This document shows positions 48,626 to 62,972 of a DNA stretch of 64,000 nt, piece after piece (within the stretch, counting starts at the first letter, position 1; each line of letters starts with the position of its first letter). The notes beneath the pieces are model-generated. The model ran no database searches. It saw nothing but the letters and a program-made list of their open reading frames with translations, and was not told where the DNA came from. Source of the DNA: Ginglymostoma cirratum (taxonomy: Eukaryota); assembly GCA_024137785.1 (NCBI GenBank), contig JAHRHZ010000082.1, positions 5,639,994-5,703,993 of the forward strand. Reading direction: 5' to 3'. Made by a program: the position numbers and the translations under genes.

Positions 48626-51600
48626 ACTTCCTCAAAAGAGTTACGGCATTGATCTCTCTCTCTCTCTTTCTCTTCCTCCTGAGACTGCTGTCATTGGCCT
48701 AGTGGTATTTCTTTATTATAGTAAGATCCTTTTTAAGATTGCCCCATTTAAAGTTGTTTCACTTTAATGTGGATACATTATTAGAGCCAGCAGTCTTGTT
48801 ATGCATCATGAGATTCTTTTTAACATTGTTTTCCTGTCACAGTGGGTGCCATCCAGTGTGGTCTTTCTGCTTACTGAGCTAAGGCCGCTCCACACTCCCA
48901 GTGTCCCCATGTTCAATCTTCCAATTTGTGACCTGTCCCTGGTGCTCAACTTTCTGACTATACACGTTGCCCCCCCAGCCCCCCAACCCCCGACCTCCCT
49001 GAACCTCTGAAGGTGAGGCCGGAAGTCTGTGCACCAGTGCCTTTACTCATTGGGCTCCAGACTGTCTGTTTCAGGCCTCGCTTACTCCTCACCACGGTGC
49101 AGCCACAGCCTGAGAGCACATTTCTGAGAGGCAATAGTGCCCCTCCTGGCTGGAGGTCACTGACCCCAAGAACCTCTCAGACACGGCAGTGCTGCTCCTC
49201 TTGACTGCCTGTGAGAGCTCAACCTGCCTCTCTATCCTCCTGGCTGGCAGGGTGTCTGTCATGACTAATCTTAGATTACCCCCTAGCCATTTAATTTAAA
49301 GATTCAATTTTCAAAATCACAACCACAATATTAATTGAGGACTTACTGCATCTGAAAATTGGAGACCAGAAGCAGAGGTTGCAGTGGAAAGCAAGAGATT
49401 CCTGTCTGCATCACCTGCAACTTGCACCTCATGCCTGATAGGAGGATGAACAGATTGGGATCTGAGGCATGATGCAAGAAAATAACATCATCCTGAATGC
49501 TCACAGTGACGCTGAGTACAATAGGATCAGTCACTGCTGGCCCATGTTTTGGAGCACCATCTCATCTTTATGCCTGCCAAAGCTGAATAGCTGAAATATG
49601 TGGAGCCAGCGAGAGGTGGACATGTCGTGGGCAACATTGTAATCTGTGTGACAGTAAGATGGAGCTTCCAAATGTCAGGCCTGAATCCTGAGTGCCAGTG
49701 CCTGCTAATGGGTAATTGAGAAGGCTGTGGTGCGTTAGACTATAGGCTGATGTTGTGGTCAGTAAACAATGCCACGTGACAATGTATTCACCTTTCTTGA
49801 CCACCCATGTTAGTTTCATACACTTGTTCCATACGGTGGAATACAGCCAGACCCCAATGGTCCCCTTCCATGGCCAGCTGCTCCAATTCCCCTAAGGAGT
49901 TATTTCAGGGTCCCATGACACCGTTGACCTGCATTACCAAGACGCTGGTGCCACTTCGATGAACCAGGAGGTCCTCTCTCTCTCCGCTTTGTTTTGTTTC
50001 CATATAACTGAGATAATTGCAGTACTGACAGTCAACTGCACATTCCATACAATCCAAAAGCAAAACCTCTTTAAGAGGGGAAGGCTGCCTTTAAGAGCTG
50101 GAGGCAGATGACCACAAATACCTTTCGACAGCCAGCAACATGGGACCTGCTCGGCTGAACACTACAAACATTTAAATGAGGAGACAGCTGAAAGTTTGCG
50201 TGTTGCCTGCCCCTGAGGAACTAGGCATGAGCAGATTGAAAGCCATAAACTTCGCACCTTTAACTGGAAGAAGTTTATTTTAGCCCTGAAAGTTGAAAGC
50301 AATAAATACAACCCAAATGGATCAGTATTTCCTGAGACAGTTATTTGTAGTGGAAATATTCATACAGGTTATGGCTAGAAAGCTTCAGTTGGTGCCTATA
50401 CTTTCCCAAGGTTCCAAACAATTTCCTACAGATAATTCCTTCAGGTTTAACTATGGTTTTATTTCCAAAAATTGCACACACCTGAGCTATGCCTACAAAT
50501 AGGAGGGATCTTTTGAACAGCATATTTTTCAATTTTCTGGCTTATCCCCTATTATTACTGAAAATATAATTGACATGATAGAAGTACTATTGCACCAAAA
50601 AGCACATTTTAACAGTTGTTGATATAATAATGGCTGAAAATGTTTGAGATTGTCACCCATTCCTCTTTTTCACTTTATATCTCCAACCTATAATACAAAA
50701 AATGTTATGCATCTGTCATTACTCTGTTTATTATGCTGTAATTTCTCAGTAAATACACTGCTCATTTCTCCATTTTCCAAGGAACTGTTTCATTGCTGGA
50801 AGTTGTCCCTTTCACTGTCAGTTTTCTGGAAGAATTTTCTGAGGCAAATGACTCTGAGAACAGTTCCTGGAAATAGTTTGAAGCAGCCTTTTTTCAGTTT
50901 TTGACTCTCCTCCCATAAAAGCACTAACTCATACAAGACTCATGATCTCATACCTTTTCGTACCTTGCCCAAATACTGACATTTTATGGCTGAGCCTAGA
51001 CGTTGTGTCAGTGTATTGACCATGTGAGCATCACAGCCACCTTAGTGACATTCTTTCTCTGAAATTCACAAATAGAAGTGTTCCTGTAGTTATCATCAGG
51101 TAGCAATCCAGAATAAGAATATTGACTGATGTTACTTCTTCCCTCTATTAGGGCATCAGGAGATATATGGAACATTCCTAGCTATTTCAGATTGAACCTT
51201 TCTCTAGCCTTTTTCAGCTTTTCCAATAGACCTGTAATGAGTGCTTTAGATGGTCTTGACAAGATACTTAATAAAGAAATAGACTGAATCAGATTTCTTG
51301 ACTTCTCCAGGAAACATGAGTCAATAGACCTACAATCACAGAAAGAATGGCTTGTCTAAATGGAAGAAGGAAATGTTTCACCTAAAACTTTTCCCTTAAA
51401 GAGTTTCTAACCCACTTAGGAAAAAGAATCTTTGAGAGAAATAACAGAGATTTAGAAAACGGGTCAGTGCCAAAAATTTCCCTTATGGAAAAAGGCCAGT
51501 CTCACTTGGGGTTGTTTGAGATAAAGCAAAACTAAAGAGCTCAATGCAGAGAGGTGTAGAGCAAGTAATCAATCTACCCCGGCAACTCTTAACGCAATAA

Positions 51601-53259
51601 ATCAGTCCTAATGTGTGACTTAGCAGCTTGTTGACTGCCCATGTTCTAAGTCAAGGATTCATGCAGTAACCTGAGAAAAGAGGAACAAAGACTCTTAAAA
51701 TGAATTTAAATGAATTAAACTAAATGAATGTGAGATTCGTAATCTATAAGTAGCTTCTAAACCAAATCAATTCAATTATGAAAACTGCTGCTTTGTATAA
51801 CTAAATATGTTTTACACGGAAAGAAGTTTTGATTACAAAATTGAGTTGTCACTTTAAATAAGTATTCTGTTTAGCTTTGTACAAATGCTCCAAATATTTT
51901 TACTTCTGGTAATCACTGCCCATTGGTTGAATGAGTGCTGTCTGTTAATGTGTGCCATTTTCATTATTCGTTTCTTTCCATGTGTGACATTCCTCAAATA
52001 AAAATGTGGTAGTGGTTTTTGCAAAGTAAAATATAAAGAAGTTAACCTCTATTTAATATGGCCTTTTCGTGCCAGTAAAATAGTTCATGAGAAGTGTGTG
52101 TTATTTATCTTTTAAAACTTTGGCTAAATTCAACATTGACAGAAAATAAAAACTGTACATTAGCAGAGAAAGGGAAATCTATTGGTAGCATGGTAAAAGA
52201 GTTTAGTAATTCGATAACACAGTGAACGGTCAGATTTACATGTTTAATACTTGTAATGTAGCTTTCTTTAGCCACTGTATTGTAACCAATACGATTGTAT
52301 TCTGTGACCTGTCAACATTTTCTCTTGGATTGAGAAAATCTCCTTTGAGGCATGAATACTAATTCTCATATAAGGTGTAAGGTGCAGGGCTAGTTGTTGA
52401 TTAACATCATCATAGCCTCTGTTGCATATGCTTTTAGCATCATTTTTAAAAAGTTTCATCTTCAGGATATGTACGTATACAATGAGAAAGAAGATTTCCT
52501 GCAGAATATTATTTTTAAGTCATCTCAATCTATTTTATCATTGTAGAAGCTAATTATAATGAATATCATGACTAATATATTTTCTTTTAAAAAATTAAAA
52601 CATGTTCTGAAAGAATATAATCATGAACAAAGTGCTATGTAGACATCAGAGCTGTAACAACAGGTGTGAGTTTTGATACAAAACCACAACAACAATAAAA
52701 CAAATATGAAGATATTTCAAAATTGTGATGCATGAATGAGATGATGTATATACAATCTCAGGGTAGAGTGTTTAATTTATATTGTATTGTAAGACTGTGC
52801 CTAGAGCACAAGCAGAGTTACTGCATTATCTCCAGCACTGTTAGTCTTTCCCCTGAATCCCCTTTCCCCATTCAATTGTGTAACTATTCAGCTCACTAAC
52901 TCCAGTCTTAGCCTCAAGAAGATAGTTTCTTTTCACTTTCTCAGCGCGGCTGTAGAATGCTAAATGGGTTTGTCAATAATGGCCTTTCAACAAAGCCTGC
53001 ACCATCAAAATAACAGCCTTCACACTTAATTTTCAATACACTTATCATTCCAAGGGCAACGATCCTCTATTTATTCATTGTTACATTCAGTACTAAGATA
53101 ACTTCACATGGGAAAATCACAACCCATTGTATTGAGAATTCACAGTACCCTAAGAGTGTAGAGGTTGATTAAAATATGTCCAGGCAATTTTATTGTATTT
53201 ATTTATTGAATCATGCTACAAACCTTTGGCTGTTTCATTGTAAAAAGTGATTGAGTCTT

Positions 53260-53860
53260 GGCAATCTCTTCTTTCCCAAAAATATTACCTTTCAAGTTCC
53301 ACAAGGTACCGTTCTTCCACCATCCTCCTCTTTATGTGCATGGCATTTCTCCATGATATAACATCAGGTCAGCTTTTGCATGTCCACCAACGACCGTTAC
53401 TGCTGACTCTCCATGACTTCACATGACTTACTTACTGGCACTATGCAGCCTGTTGCTGGTCCAACATCAAATCCTAGATGAGCTGTAACTTCATCCGGAT
53501 TAACATAACGCAAGACTGATGTCCTTTTTTTGTCCCTTGTCATAACTCTACTTCCTTGTCTTTAACTTCTGCATCTTACTCATCACTTTCTCAATCTAAA
53601 TCACAATATTCACAATCTTTGTATTCAATCCTCAACTGAGCTTTAAAGCTCATAATCTATCCATCATAATATTGCTTACTTGTATCTGTACAGAAGTGTC
53701 TAAATGCATTCCTACCTTTATTCCTCCAACACTGACACCCCGAATCACGCTTCTAAAGTTAATTGCTCTAATGCTTTTCTTTCTTCCTCTCATTATCTAC
53801 CCTCCCAAACTCCAACATCTTGTACTGACTTCATGTAGAAGACATAGACAACATTCCTGA
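53260..53860 (+). mobile_element. Decayed L2-like LINE RT fragment
   Basis: gttccacaaggtaccgttctt (VPQGTVL) RT motif followed by a C/T-rich L2-like sense strand. Confidence 0.45.
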
Positions 53861-53869
53861 AAGAGTAGT

Positions 53870-54780
53870 AAACCAAGAGTATAGTGAGAATGAGAAATTT
53901 AGGAATATTCTTAGCAACAAAATAATAATGAAAGAAGTAACAGGACACACAGTTGACGAATCCACTGAATCTGATGGCTTGTACATTATGATTTTAATTG
54001 AATTAGCTGCGTTTTGACTTTCCAGAACTCCCTAGATTCTAGAATAGTTCCCATGGGTTGGAAGGTAGCTATGTAACTGTAAATATAAAAATGTAATACC
54101 CATGAAGCAAAAAAAGCAGGAGAAGGAAAACAGGGAACTATACTTCAGTTAGCCTGATTCTGAGTAGGGATATTGCAAAAATTTATCATTAATAATGTTG
54201 TAATGTGGTAAACTTAAGAAGGAAACTAATTACAAGAGTGGATAAAGACGTCATAGTGGATGGAAGGATTTACTTGCTTTGGGGAAGTGCAAGAAAAATT
54301 TGCTAGGCTGTGCACTGAGATGCGATTACGCTATGAGGAATGATTAAATAGACTAAATCCATACTGTCTTGTATTTAGAAGGAAGATAGCTGATTTCACT
54401 GAAACATATAATTTTTTAAGGAACTTGATGGGGTAGAAGTAGGTGCTGTGACACATTTTCCCTTGGCTCGGGAGTGGATTATAGGAGTCAGCTATTTATA
54501 ACTGGAGAAAATGAGAAAAAAGTTATTCACTCAAAGGTTTGTGGATCCTTGAAATTCTGTACCACAGTCAGTTGTCGATGCTCAGTCTTTAGTTATATTG
54601 AAGACAGTGATCAATAGAAATTTGGTACTAAGGAATGTAATGGACATGGTTACAGTGCATGGTGACAGTGCAAGACGGTGGTGTCGAGGTAAAATTTCAG
54701 TCATCATATTGAATAATGGGTGAGAATTGTTGGGCTGAAAGTCTTATTTCTGCTTCTATTTCTCATGCTTTTATGTTACC
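53870..54780 (+). mobile_element. Decayed CR1 LINE
   Basis: ttccagaactccctagattctagaatagttcccatgggttggaaggtagct (FQNSLDSRIVPMGWKVA); gggaactata..cagttagcctga; CR1 3' end near 54730-54775. Confidence 0.75.
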
Positions 54781-57700
54781 TCTGATAGTCTACTGAGTTA
54801 GCTGTGACAATTTCCATGTGATCAGGTGGTAAACATACATATTGTCCCCGGAAATGTAATAGTAAATGCCCATTGGCAATCTGGTTAACAAGAATGCATC
54901 TGTGTTCTGTTTGAAGCCTAACTGTGTACACTGACCCAATTACCTTTGGCATGCAGCTTCAATGAAGACTTAAGTATTGAAATTTCTAGTACTTAAATCT
55001 AAGCAACACAGCATGGTTCTAAGTTTATGCATTGTTTTGTGAAGAATACCTCCTTTTCAACGTAAGTTTTAATTTTCATAGCTAACCGGAATAATATTCT
55101 AGTCCAAATAATCATGGCGATTGTTTTTGCTTACATTATAATATCAGAATTATCTGCCAGTGTGCAATTTTTGTATTTTAATGCTGATTGCTACAATACT
55201 TTTCAATTAAGAAACAAACAAAATATTTAAAAACCTTGAAATAAATGTTATTTGTAGTTGCTCAAAAATAAATGCTGTGCTTTTATTACTTTAATTAATT
55301 CAGCCATTAAAACCAAGATAAATGATTCAAGGAAGCTATCAAGTTTAATTTTGAACATATTTACAAATCAGCAATTCAGTTCCACTCAATTGAGAATAAC
55401 AGTTGATGACATGAAAAGATCCTATCATGGTTTTGAAGCATGTCTGGACTAACTGTCAAAAAAAAATCTCGTACTCAAAAAACTAGACAAATGCTGGCTG
55501 CTTCCGTATTAAGTCAAACATGGAAGGGTGGAATCTTTCAAAAATAAACATAAATGTAATTCATAAAGCTTTAAAAAGTTCATACAGTGAAACAGTACTT
55601 ATCCCCTTGAGATGCAGCAAAACATTATGAGAATGTTACAATACACACTAACCACATAATACAGTATATTCTTCTTAATGAGGTCACCTTTGGGAGCACT
55701 TGTTTCGATGTACTAACCAAGTTATGTTTTCATTAACTGAAATAATAACTTTGTTTCCCAAACATTTTGCACTGCTGTTCATTATTACAGTCTTCCGTCT
55801 TTTCACTTTGCTTAATATTATTAGCAAATTAAGTGGAAGTTGTAAGTACAAAGCACAGAAAAATGAAAAGCTGTAAACAGAAATCTAAAATAAAAACCAT
55901 GGGTGCATCAACATTTGGCAGGTTAAAATTTAAATGGAGACATTTGTCAGAAGAGAGGGTGGGTTTATGTTTCTTTCTTTTCTTCTTAATTTAATAATGC
56001 CTTTTGAGAATCAGATTTCTGTAGAAAGGCTGAGTAATGTATTTTAATTTTTCTGCGCATTTGATATAAATGATCAAGTAGCTGATTGCACAAGTCAAGG
56101 CACTATATTGGAGCCAAGCAGACTGAATATGGTTTCAATGTCAATAAAATAATTTAATACAATAAATTACTTTTAAAACATCTAATTAATTGGATAATTC
56201 AACTAAGCATTGCTGATACAGAAGAGTTTACGCTGTGAATATGGAGAAAACAATTCTTTAGTATCCAGTTAAAACTAATAAACTTCTTCTACGACATAAT
56301 TGAACTGTGCTGCTTAGTAAATCTTGCTGTTTCTGTACAGGTATTATACATCAAGTTTAATTGTCATAGAAATGTCATGGAAAGATATTGCTTATTTTAC
56401 TTTAGGAAAAACACTTTATCAAATTGCTGTCGCCACTTCTGTTTGTTCTGGTAATCTATCCCCAGAGGTCATTCTCAAGGATATAGGTACCCTTGGCATG
56501 AACTGTGTGTGGCAGAGAGGACGTATCTACAAAGTAGTATTATGCTGTTGTTTTGACCAATTCATCCTAAGATCAGAAGGCACGTGTGGTCTGTGAAGTA
56601 GCCATGATGGAAAGTGCATAACACCACACTTACATATTACCTTTCCAAAGATATTTTCTAAAATTAAACAAGATTGGTGTAGACAATTAGTTCAGAAAAA
56701 AGATATTAATGTCACTTTTTTGTGTGCTATATATAGAAAGCTATCTTCCTTTCATCTTTAGATCTGAGGTTTGTTTTCCAACTCACATCATGTCAAAATC
56801 TGTCACTATAAGGATAGCAAAAAGAAGTAAGAATTCATGCTGGTAAAGGAGACTGATAGGAAAGGCTTAATTATTTTAGTCCATGCCACAGCATAGATTT
56901 ATTAGTAAGTTTCACTTTGCTAGACAGATGGTTGATCAGGAGCAAAATAAAATCAGGAAATTTAAGGTTGAAACAGGAGGTCCACAACTACTATATGACT
57001 GCAAGCCTGTAGCACATTACAGAGTTTCTCCAACCACCAGAATAAGCAATCTGTGAGGCAACTCTTTCTGAAATGTATTGGTGAATAATGTCCTGGAACC
57101 AGGCATGATCTGCTTGTTAACATTCCACACAGTGGAATAACATTTGTGTAAAAGCATCTTAGTAACTGCAACAACCTCAGTTTCCATTGGGTTCTACAAA
57201 GCATCAAAAATGTGTTGCAGAGATAAAAGGTACTGCAGATGCTGTTCTATTTGCTCTCCTGAACTATCCACTGAAGTCAAAATTGCAAAATAACTGAACA
57301 GAAATTGTGCAATACTGGTATTTCACACAGCAACAGCCAACCCTCCTCCTATGAGAACAAATGATTCAGCCACGGGTCATTTAACATTGCTGTGTGTCTT
57401 TAGGTTCAACCGTTCTCCATGTCATGATGACTGCTGTGGCAATGATAATTGTCGGGACAGTCTGACTTTCAGTAACTTCAGTTGTGCAGATCCATGACAA
57501 AAAGCAGAATGGAACACCGTGTATTTAAATAGTTGAGCATGTTGTTGCTGGGTGAATGAATTTAGATTTTATAACAAAATAGGTTTAAAATTGGATAAAG
57601 CCCACAATAGGCACAAGGATTGCATTATGCAATTTCTCACTGACTAGTGGAAGTGATGTAGACAGTACAGAAACTTCATGCTGCCTGTTCCTATCGACTG

Positions 57701-57889
57701 TTTGGTCATGCACACCAGTGATAATCATACTGTTGAGTCCTTTCATATTCAGCTAGGTGATGCAATTTGTACAAGACTAGAATCAATTAATGTTAGCCTG
57801 TAGATCCTAAAGATGAAGTGCATTTTAGATGGAGCAGGCACTGGAAAATAGCTGTACAAAAGCTTCATGAGCAGAAAGAAATGGAAGCA

Positions 57890-58120
57890 ATGGAGCAACA
57901 ACCAGAGAGAGGGGGAGCTCCTAGTTCTCAGATGCAGTGTTGGAGGGCCCAGTGTCTGAAGGAGATAAATGGTCATCTTTCCACAGGGACCATGAGGCAT
58001 TCCAGACTTGCAACTGAAGTAAAATAGGAACAGATAACCATAGAGGTCAATGCCAGGAATCTAGCCTTGAGGGCCTGGTTACCATGTCAGAAAAAGTCCA
58101 ATTACCTTATATCATGGTGA
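57890..58120 (+). mobile_element. Myb/SANT-like domain remnant, probably a Harbinger transposon ORF
   Basis: Frameshifted MEQQPERGGAP(R)FSDAVLE...VIFPQG...*EQITIEVNARNLALRAWLPCQKKSNYL. Confidence 0.6.
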
Positions 58121-61100
58121 AGGTCAATAAATGCACTTTCAAATACAATTTTCCTGCCAATACGTTGCCAGTGTCATGCATTGTTCTATGCCCGACTCAC
58201 CCATCAACTATTTCCAGTGATTAGGATTCATGAATAGCATTTATATGTTCCTCATACACCTAACACTGTTACAATCCTCACAACCACATCTTACTGCTTC
58301 TACACATCATCAACTGTTCAGCTAAAACAGACACATTATCCAAAAACTTTGCAACACACTCACAGATACTGTTCAGTCTGTCTTGACAAGAAGGCATTTA
58401 GCAGAAAGGACTAACAGTGATGATATTTCTCAGAGGAACCAGAGTCTGATGAGACACTCATGGGCAGCCCACCCACAGTAACAATGCCCCATTTCACCTT
58501 CTTTGACTTTCTCCTCTGCCTCCTCCTCTTCCTTCTCATGAGTCAATCATCAAATTTCTGGGTGCAAGGCCTGCACCTTCATTCTGGCCAGTTTAAGGAA
58601 TACACAACAATCCACCACATATTGGGGTTTAAGCTCTGGTGAACTCACTTAAGCAGTCTATGCAGCAAAACCATTGCTTCAAGACAGTGACGAGATGCTT
58701 CACCATATTCCTAATTCCAACATGGTAGTCATGGTAGGAGCACTGACCATGTGTGGTTAAGTGATGAAGGAGAGTCAATGAAGATGTGTAGAACAAAGTA
58801 CCACTTATTTTTTGACCAAAACAACTTAAAAAACCCAGTATGTATTAACTTCCAAGACAATGTGGCAGCAAAGGAAAGTCAAAAGCATCTGAATATTTAA
58901 CGATGATCCCTTTTAATATATCTACCAGGAAGTCTGTGATGCAGCTGAGCAATGTTCAGTTGTGCGAGTTTAAGAAAGGGTATTAACAGAACCTGAAAAG
59001 TGCCAAATCTTCAGTACGTACAAATTGAATCCACAATCTAGTTATTCTGCATGCATGCACAGGATGCCTGCACTATTACCCTCCAAAACATAGCCATTGG
59101 AAGACAGGAATCACCAGATGCAAGTCTCATGCCATTTTTTAATCCCTTGCCTCCCATAATATTGAATCCAGTGGCACCACAGAGCCAAGTTTTGCAACCA
59201 TTAAATCACTGCTTCAAATTTGCAAAATAATAATTTCATAAGGTATGCAATTTTAATTAAACAAGTTAAAATTCTATTTCTCTCCCCCAGCCTCTGAGGT
59301 GCCCAGCTTTGTTTTGATTAATTGCTGTTAACTTCTAATATTAGTTTGAAGATACTGAGAGTTTGCCCAGCTAAGATTGACTCCCTATCTGGATTCTGTA
59401 CAAAATCACAAGACTGCTACAATGCAGAAGGAGGCCATTCAGTCTATGATTTTTATAGCGAAGAAACATGTACAGCAAGTGAGCAATTACATCAACTTGT
59501 TTAATTACAAGGCACCTTGCCTGTAGAGTGTGTTTTGAGAACTGGCATAGTGCCCTGAAAATAGGCTTTGTGTTTTCAGTTTTTAATAATTTTTATTGAG
59601 AAGTCCATGCATTTTTCATTCTGTCTAGTTATCCAGCCTTTATCATGTTCCACATTCTTCTGGTAAAAACTTGATTTTTTTTTACAATTATTCTGCTTTC
59701 AAGCCCCTGGCTTTCAAAAATAAACAAATCTCACAATGTCAGTTCTTGTCCTCTATTTCAGTCCTATTATCATCCTATTATCCGGCTATTACGTTTTTGT
59801 CCTTTGCACACACATAATATAGTGAGAATGAATGCTGACAGCATGTGCAGAAAATCTTTGTCTGCATTACATAATCTTTTGCCAATTTTAGAGGAAGACT
59901 TTGCTTTGTATCTTTTCGCCTGATTTTTTAAATCTATTTCAAAATGTTGTAGGTCACATGTTTCAATAGTCACTGTAATGCCTGTTGAGATCCAAGATAA
60001 ATTGCAAGGTTTTTTTTCCCGAAAGTCAATGTCAAAAAGTAAATGAACAGAAGCTGGAACATCTTGGAAATTTTCAGCAGGTCTGGCATTGTCTGCAAAA
60101 GAAGAAACAGAGTTAATGGGTAGAATCTTCCTAGGCACCAAATGAAGTGAGCACTGATAAGAAAATTGGGAAAATTGTTTGAAGTAGCGAGGAATGAACT
60201 CCTCACTATTGAAAGTAAAAAGTACCATTTTCCAACCAAGCATTGAACGCCAAGGCAAATTCTCATGCGTAGGCGGCAAGAGACCTATTTACGTACATCT
60301 CATTATTACCTCATCTCACTTCATTAATATGCAGTTTCCCATTCCCCCAATCTACCAGATAGAAACCAGACAGTGATAATTCCAGACCTGAAAGTCAGTG
60401 TGATTACCTGGAATTCCAGTTCACCACTTGTTCCTTCCAATCTCTACCTTGAACACCAAGTGCCAAAGTCTCAGGGTATGGTCCATTGGTAATGACAGCA
60501 CAGTCCTCATCCCCAACTTCAGATTTTGGCACCGGACACATTTCAGCATCTCTGCTCCGTCATGGCATGTCTCCCATCAACTTCTCGTACAGTTCTACAC
60601 TTCAAGACTGCGCTTTTGAGTGACCTTTTATAAAAATGCTGCTGCCAAGCTTCTTTGAAGGGAAAGGTATGTATTTGACCAAACCACACCTCAGGGCTCC
60701 TCACATGCTCTCTTTGCACTCACTCACTTTGTAACTACTTGGATGTTTATAACATTTCTGCCCTACCTTGCCTTTTTGGGTTTTTCCCCCTCAACCAAGC
60801 TTTCCATGCTTACAGTTCTTCTGCATTGCCTTGCTGTTTAGAACACGCTCAATACCAGACAGCTTGTCATAATTGTCAGCAATCATCAGTCAAGGAGATG
60901 GACATGTTGTTGTATTGCACTGTGCTATGTCAATTTCATACCTGTACCATGTGCCAACAATATACATGGCAAAGATATTACAGGTACATCAACCCAACAG
61001 CCATGTTTCAAAGAGTAAAATCATATTCCTCTATCAAGTCAAAGGAAGCTGCCATCGTTTGAGCAGTGATCTCAAAACAGTAAGGCAAGGGCAGCATGTG

Positions 61101-62349
61101 ATATCAGTCCAGGTCTTGGAAACAATCAGCCAGCCACTTAAAGTGGTCAAGGTCATGGAGTGTGTATCACTACAATGTAGAAATAGGCCACAGTCAGTCC
61201 TCGGATCAAGTACAAACAGTCAGGGTATTTGCAGTCAGTCATTTGAGTTGCACTCTGATCCACCAATGGTCTGATCACTCATCGGCCAGGCTAAGTCAGT
61301 CAGGGGTGGGGGTGGAGTGGTAAGGTGGAGATGGGGATGAAGGAGGTGGTGATTGTGGTTTGTGCAATGATCAGTCCTGGGTGTCAGCTCGATGAAAGCC
61401 AAGGGAGGCCATCAGAGGTCTCTGCTGTGATAGGAAAGTGGGGGATCTTAATTTTGGAGATTGGAGGCAGCATGCAGAGATGCACAATGACAATAATTGT
61501 GAAGGGGGCAACTCAGCACATAAGGTTAGGAAATAATAGTGCCATGGAGGACATTGGATACTGCAGGTTCAGGGGGTGGCTATTGATATGCACCTCCACC
61601 AAGGCCTCAACAGGGGGACAGCACAACACGATGATGGGCATGAATAAACTGTAAGGTTGGGCTGGGGGTAATCCTAAACACTTAAGTCATAAATTCATTT
61701 GGATTTTGGAAAGTTGTGAGTGCCGTAGAAAAGGACCATGGAGGTCTGGGGGAGGCCCTTGATGACCAGGCTGAGGCTGAGAATCACAATGTCAAGCCTG
61801 GTCTGCATTGCCTTCCATATTTATGCAACTTGTATATGTGCACTGCAAATGGAAAATGGCTGTGACCCGATAAAAATGGGCAGATTCAGTAATTTTCTTC
61901 TATCTGAGCGCACGGGCTCTACATGAGAGTGATGTGAAGCTCTTCAAGGGACAATTGCATTAATCAGGCACTTTCACAGGACAGTTACATGTAATCATAA
62001 TACCTTGAATATGAAATGCATGCAGTTTCCAACTATGTGGTATGCAAATTACAGTCACCAGCTCCAAGTTGTTGGTCATTACAAACTGATGATAGTCATC
62101 TTCAGGGAGGACTGACAGGTCAAGGGGGCGGGATGATGTTAGTAGATAGGAGATGGGGGTGTGGCTTGAGGTGAGAGGAAAAACAGGTTAGGGAGGTGGA
62201 GATGAGCTGGGCTGGTTTTGGGATGCGGTTGGGGGAGGGGAGATTTTGAAGCTTGTGAAATCCACATTGATGCCATTGGGCTGCAGGGTTCCCAGGCTGA
62301 ATATGATTTGCTGTTCCTGCAGCCTTCGGGTGGCATCACTGTGGCATTG

Positions 62350-62750
62350 NNNNNNNNNNNNNNNNNNNNNNNNNNNNNNNNNNNNNNNNNNNNNNNNNNN
62401 NNNNNNNNNNNNNNNNNNNNNNNNNNNNNNNNNNNNNNNNNNNNNNNNNNNNNNNNNNNNNNNNNNNNNNNNNNNNNNNNNNNNNNNNNNNNNNNNNNNN
62501 NNNNNNNNNNNNNNNNNNNNNNNNNNNNNNNNNNNNNNNNNNNNNNNNNNNNNNNNNNNNNNNNNNNNNNNNNNNNNNNNNNNNNNNNNNNNNNNNNNNN
62601 NNNNNNNNNNNNNNNNNNNNNNNNNNNNNNNNNNNNNNNNNNNNNNNNNNNNNNNNNNNNNNNNNNNNNNNNNNNNNNNNNNNNNNNNNNNNNNNNNNNN
62701 NNNNNNNNNNNNNNNNNNNNNNNNNNNNNNNNNNNNNNNNNNNNNNNNNT
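62350..62750. other. Assembly gap (N run)
   Basis: Run of n characters. Confidence 1.
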
Positions 62751-62751
62751 T

Positions 62752-62780
62752 CTGATGAAGGGTTTAGGCCCGAAACGTCA
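62752..62780 (+). ncRNA. Minimal hammerhead ribozyme core (stem I 5' arm lies in the gap)
   Basis: CUGAUGA-A-GGGU(uuag)GCCC-GAAA-CGUC with an intact palindromic ACGU. Confidence 0.6.
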
Positions 62781-62928
62781 AGTTTTCCTGCTCCTATGAT
62801 GCTGCTTGACCTGCTGTGTTCATCCAGCCCCATGCTTGTTATCTCGGACTCTCCAGCATCTGCAGTACCTTTTATCTCTGATAGTCATCTTCTGGTTGGT
62901 TGGCTCGCTGAGCTGGTTCATTGTTTTT

Positions 62929-62972
62929 CTGCAGAAGTTTCATTACCCTGCTGAGTAACATCATCAGTGCAG
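62929..62972 (-). ncRNA. Minimal type I hammerhead ribozyme motif in a second Penelope-family fragment (62893-63016)
   Basis: CUGCA-CUGAUGA-U-GUUACUC(agca)GGGUAAU-GAAA-CUUC-UGCAG; perfect 5-bp stem I. Confidence 0.6.

Larger units (their letters stand above)
62104..62878. mobile_element. Penelope-like insertion with inverted structure and 14-bp target-site duplication; contains the assembly gap
   Basis: Minus strand QCHSDATRRLQEQQIIFSLGTLQPNGINVDFTSFK (GIY-YIG C-terminus); plus-strand terminal repeat at 62751-62878; TGATAGTCATCTTC at 62090-62103 and 62879-62892. Confidence 0.85.

Noticed and set aside
59770-60279. 169-aa minus-strand ORF
   Set aside because: Spans a Penelope terminal-repeat remnant and an adjacent repeat; no recognisable domain.
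62218-62833. Long ORFs containing X residues
   Set aside because: Artefacts of the N gap.
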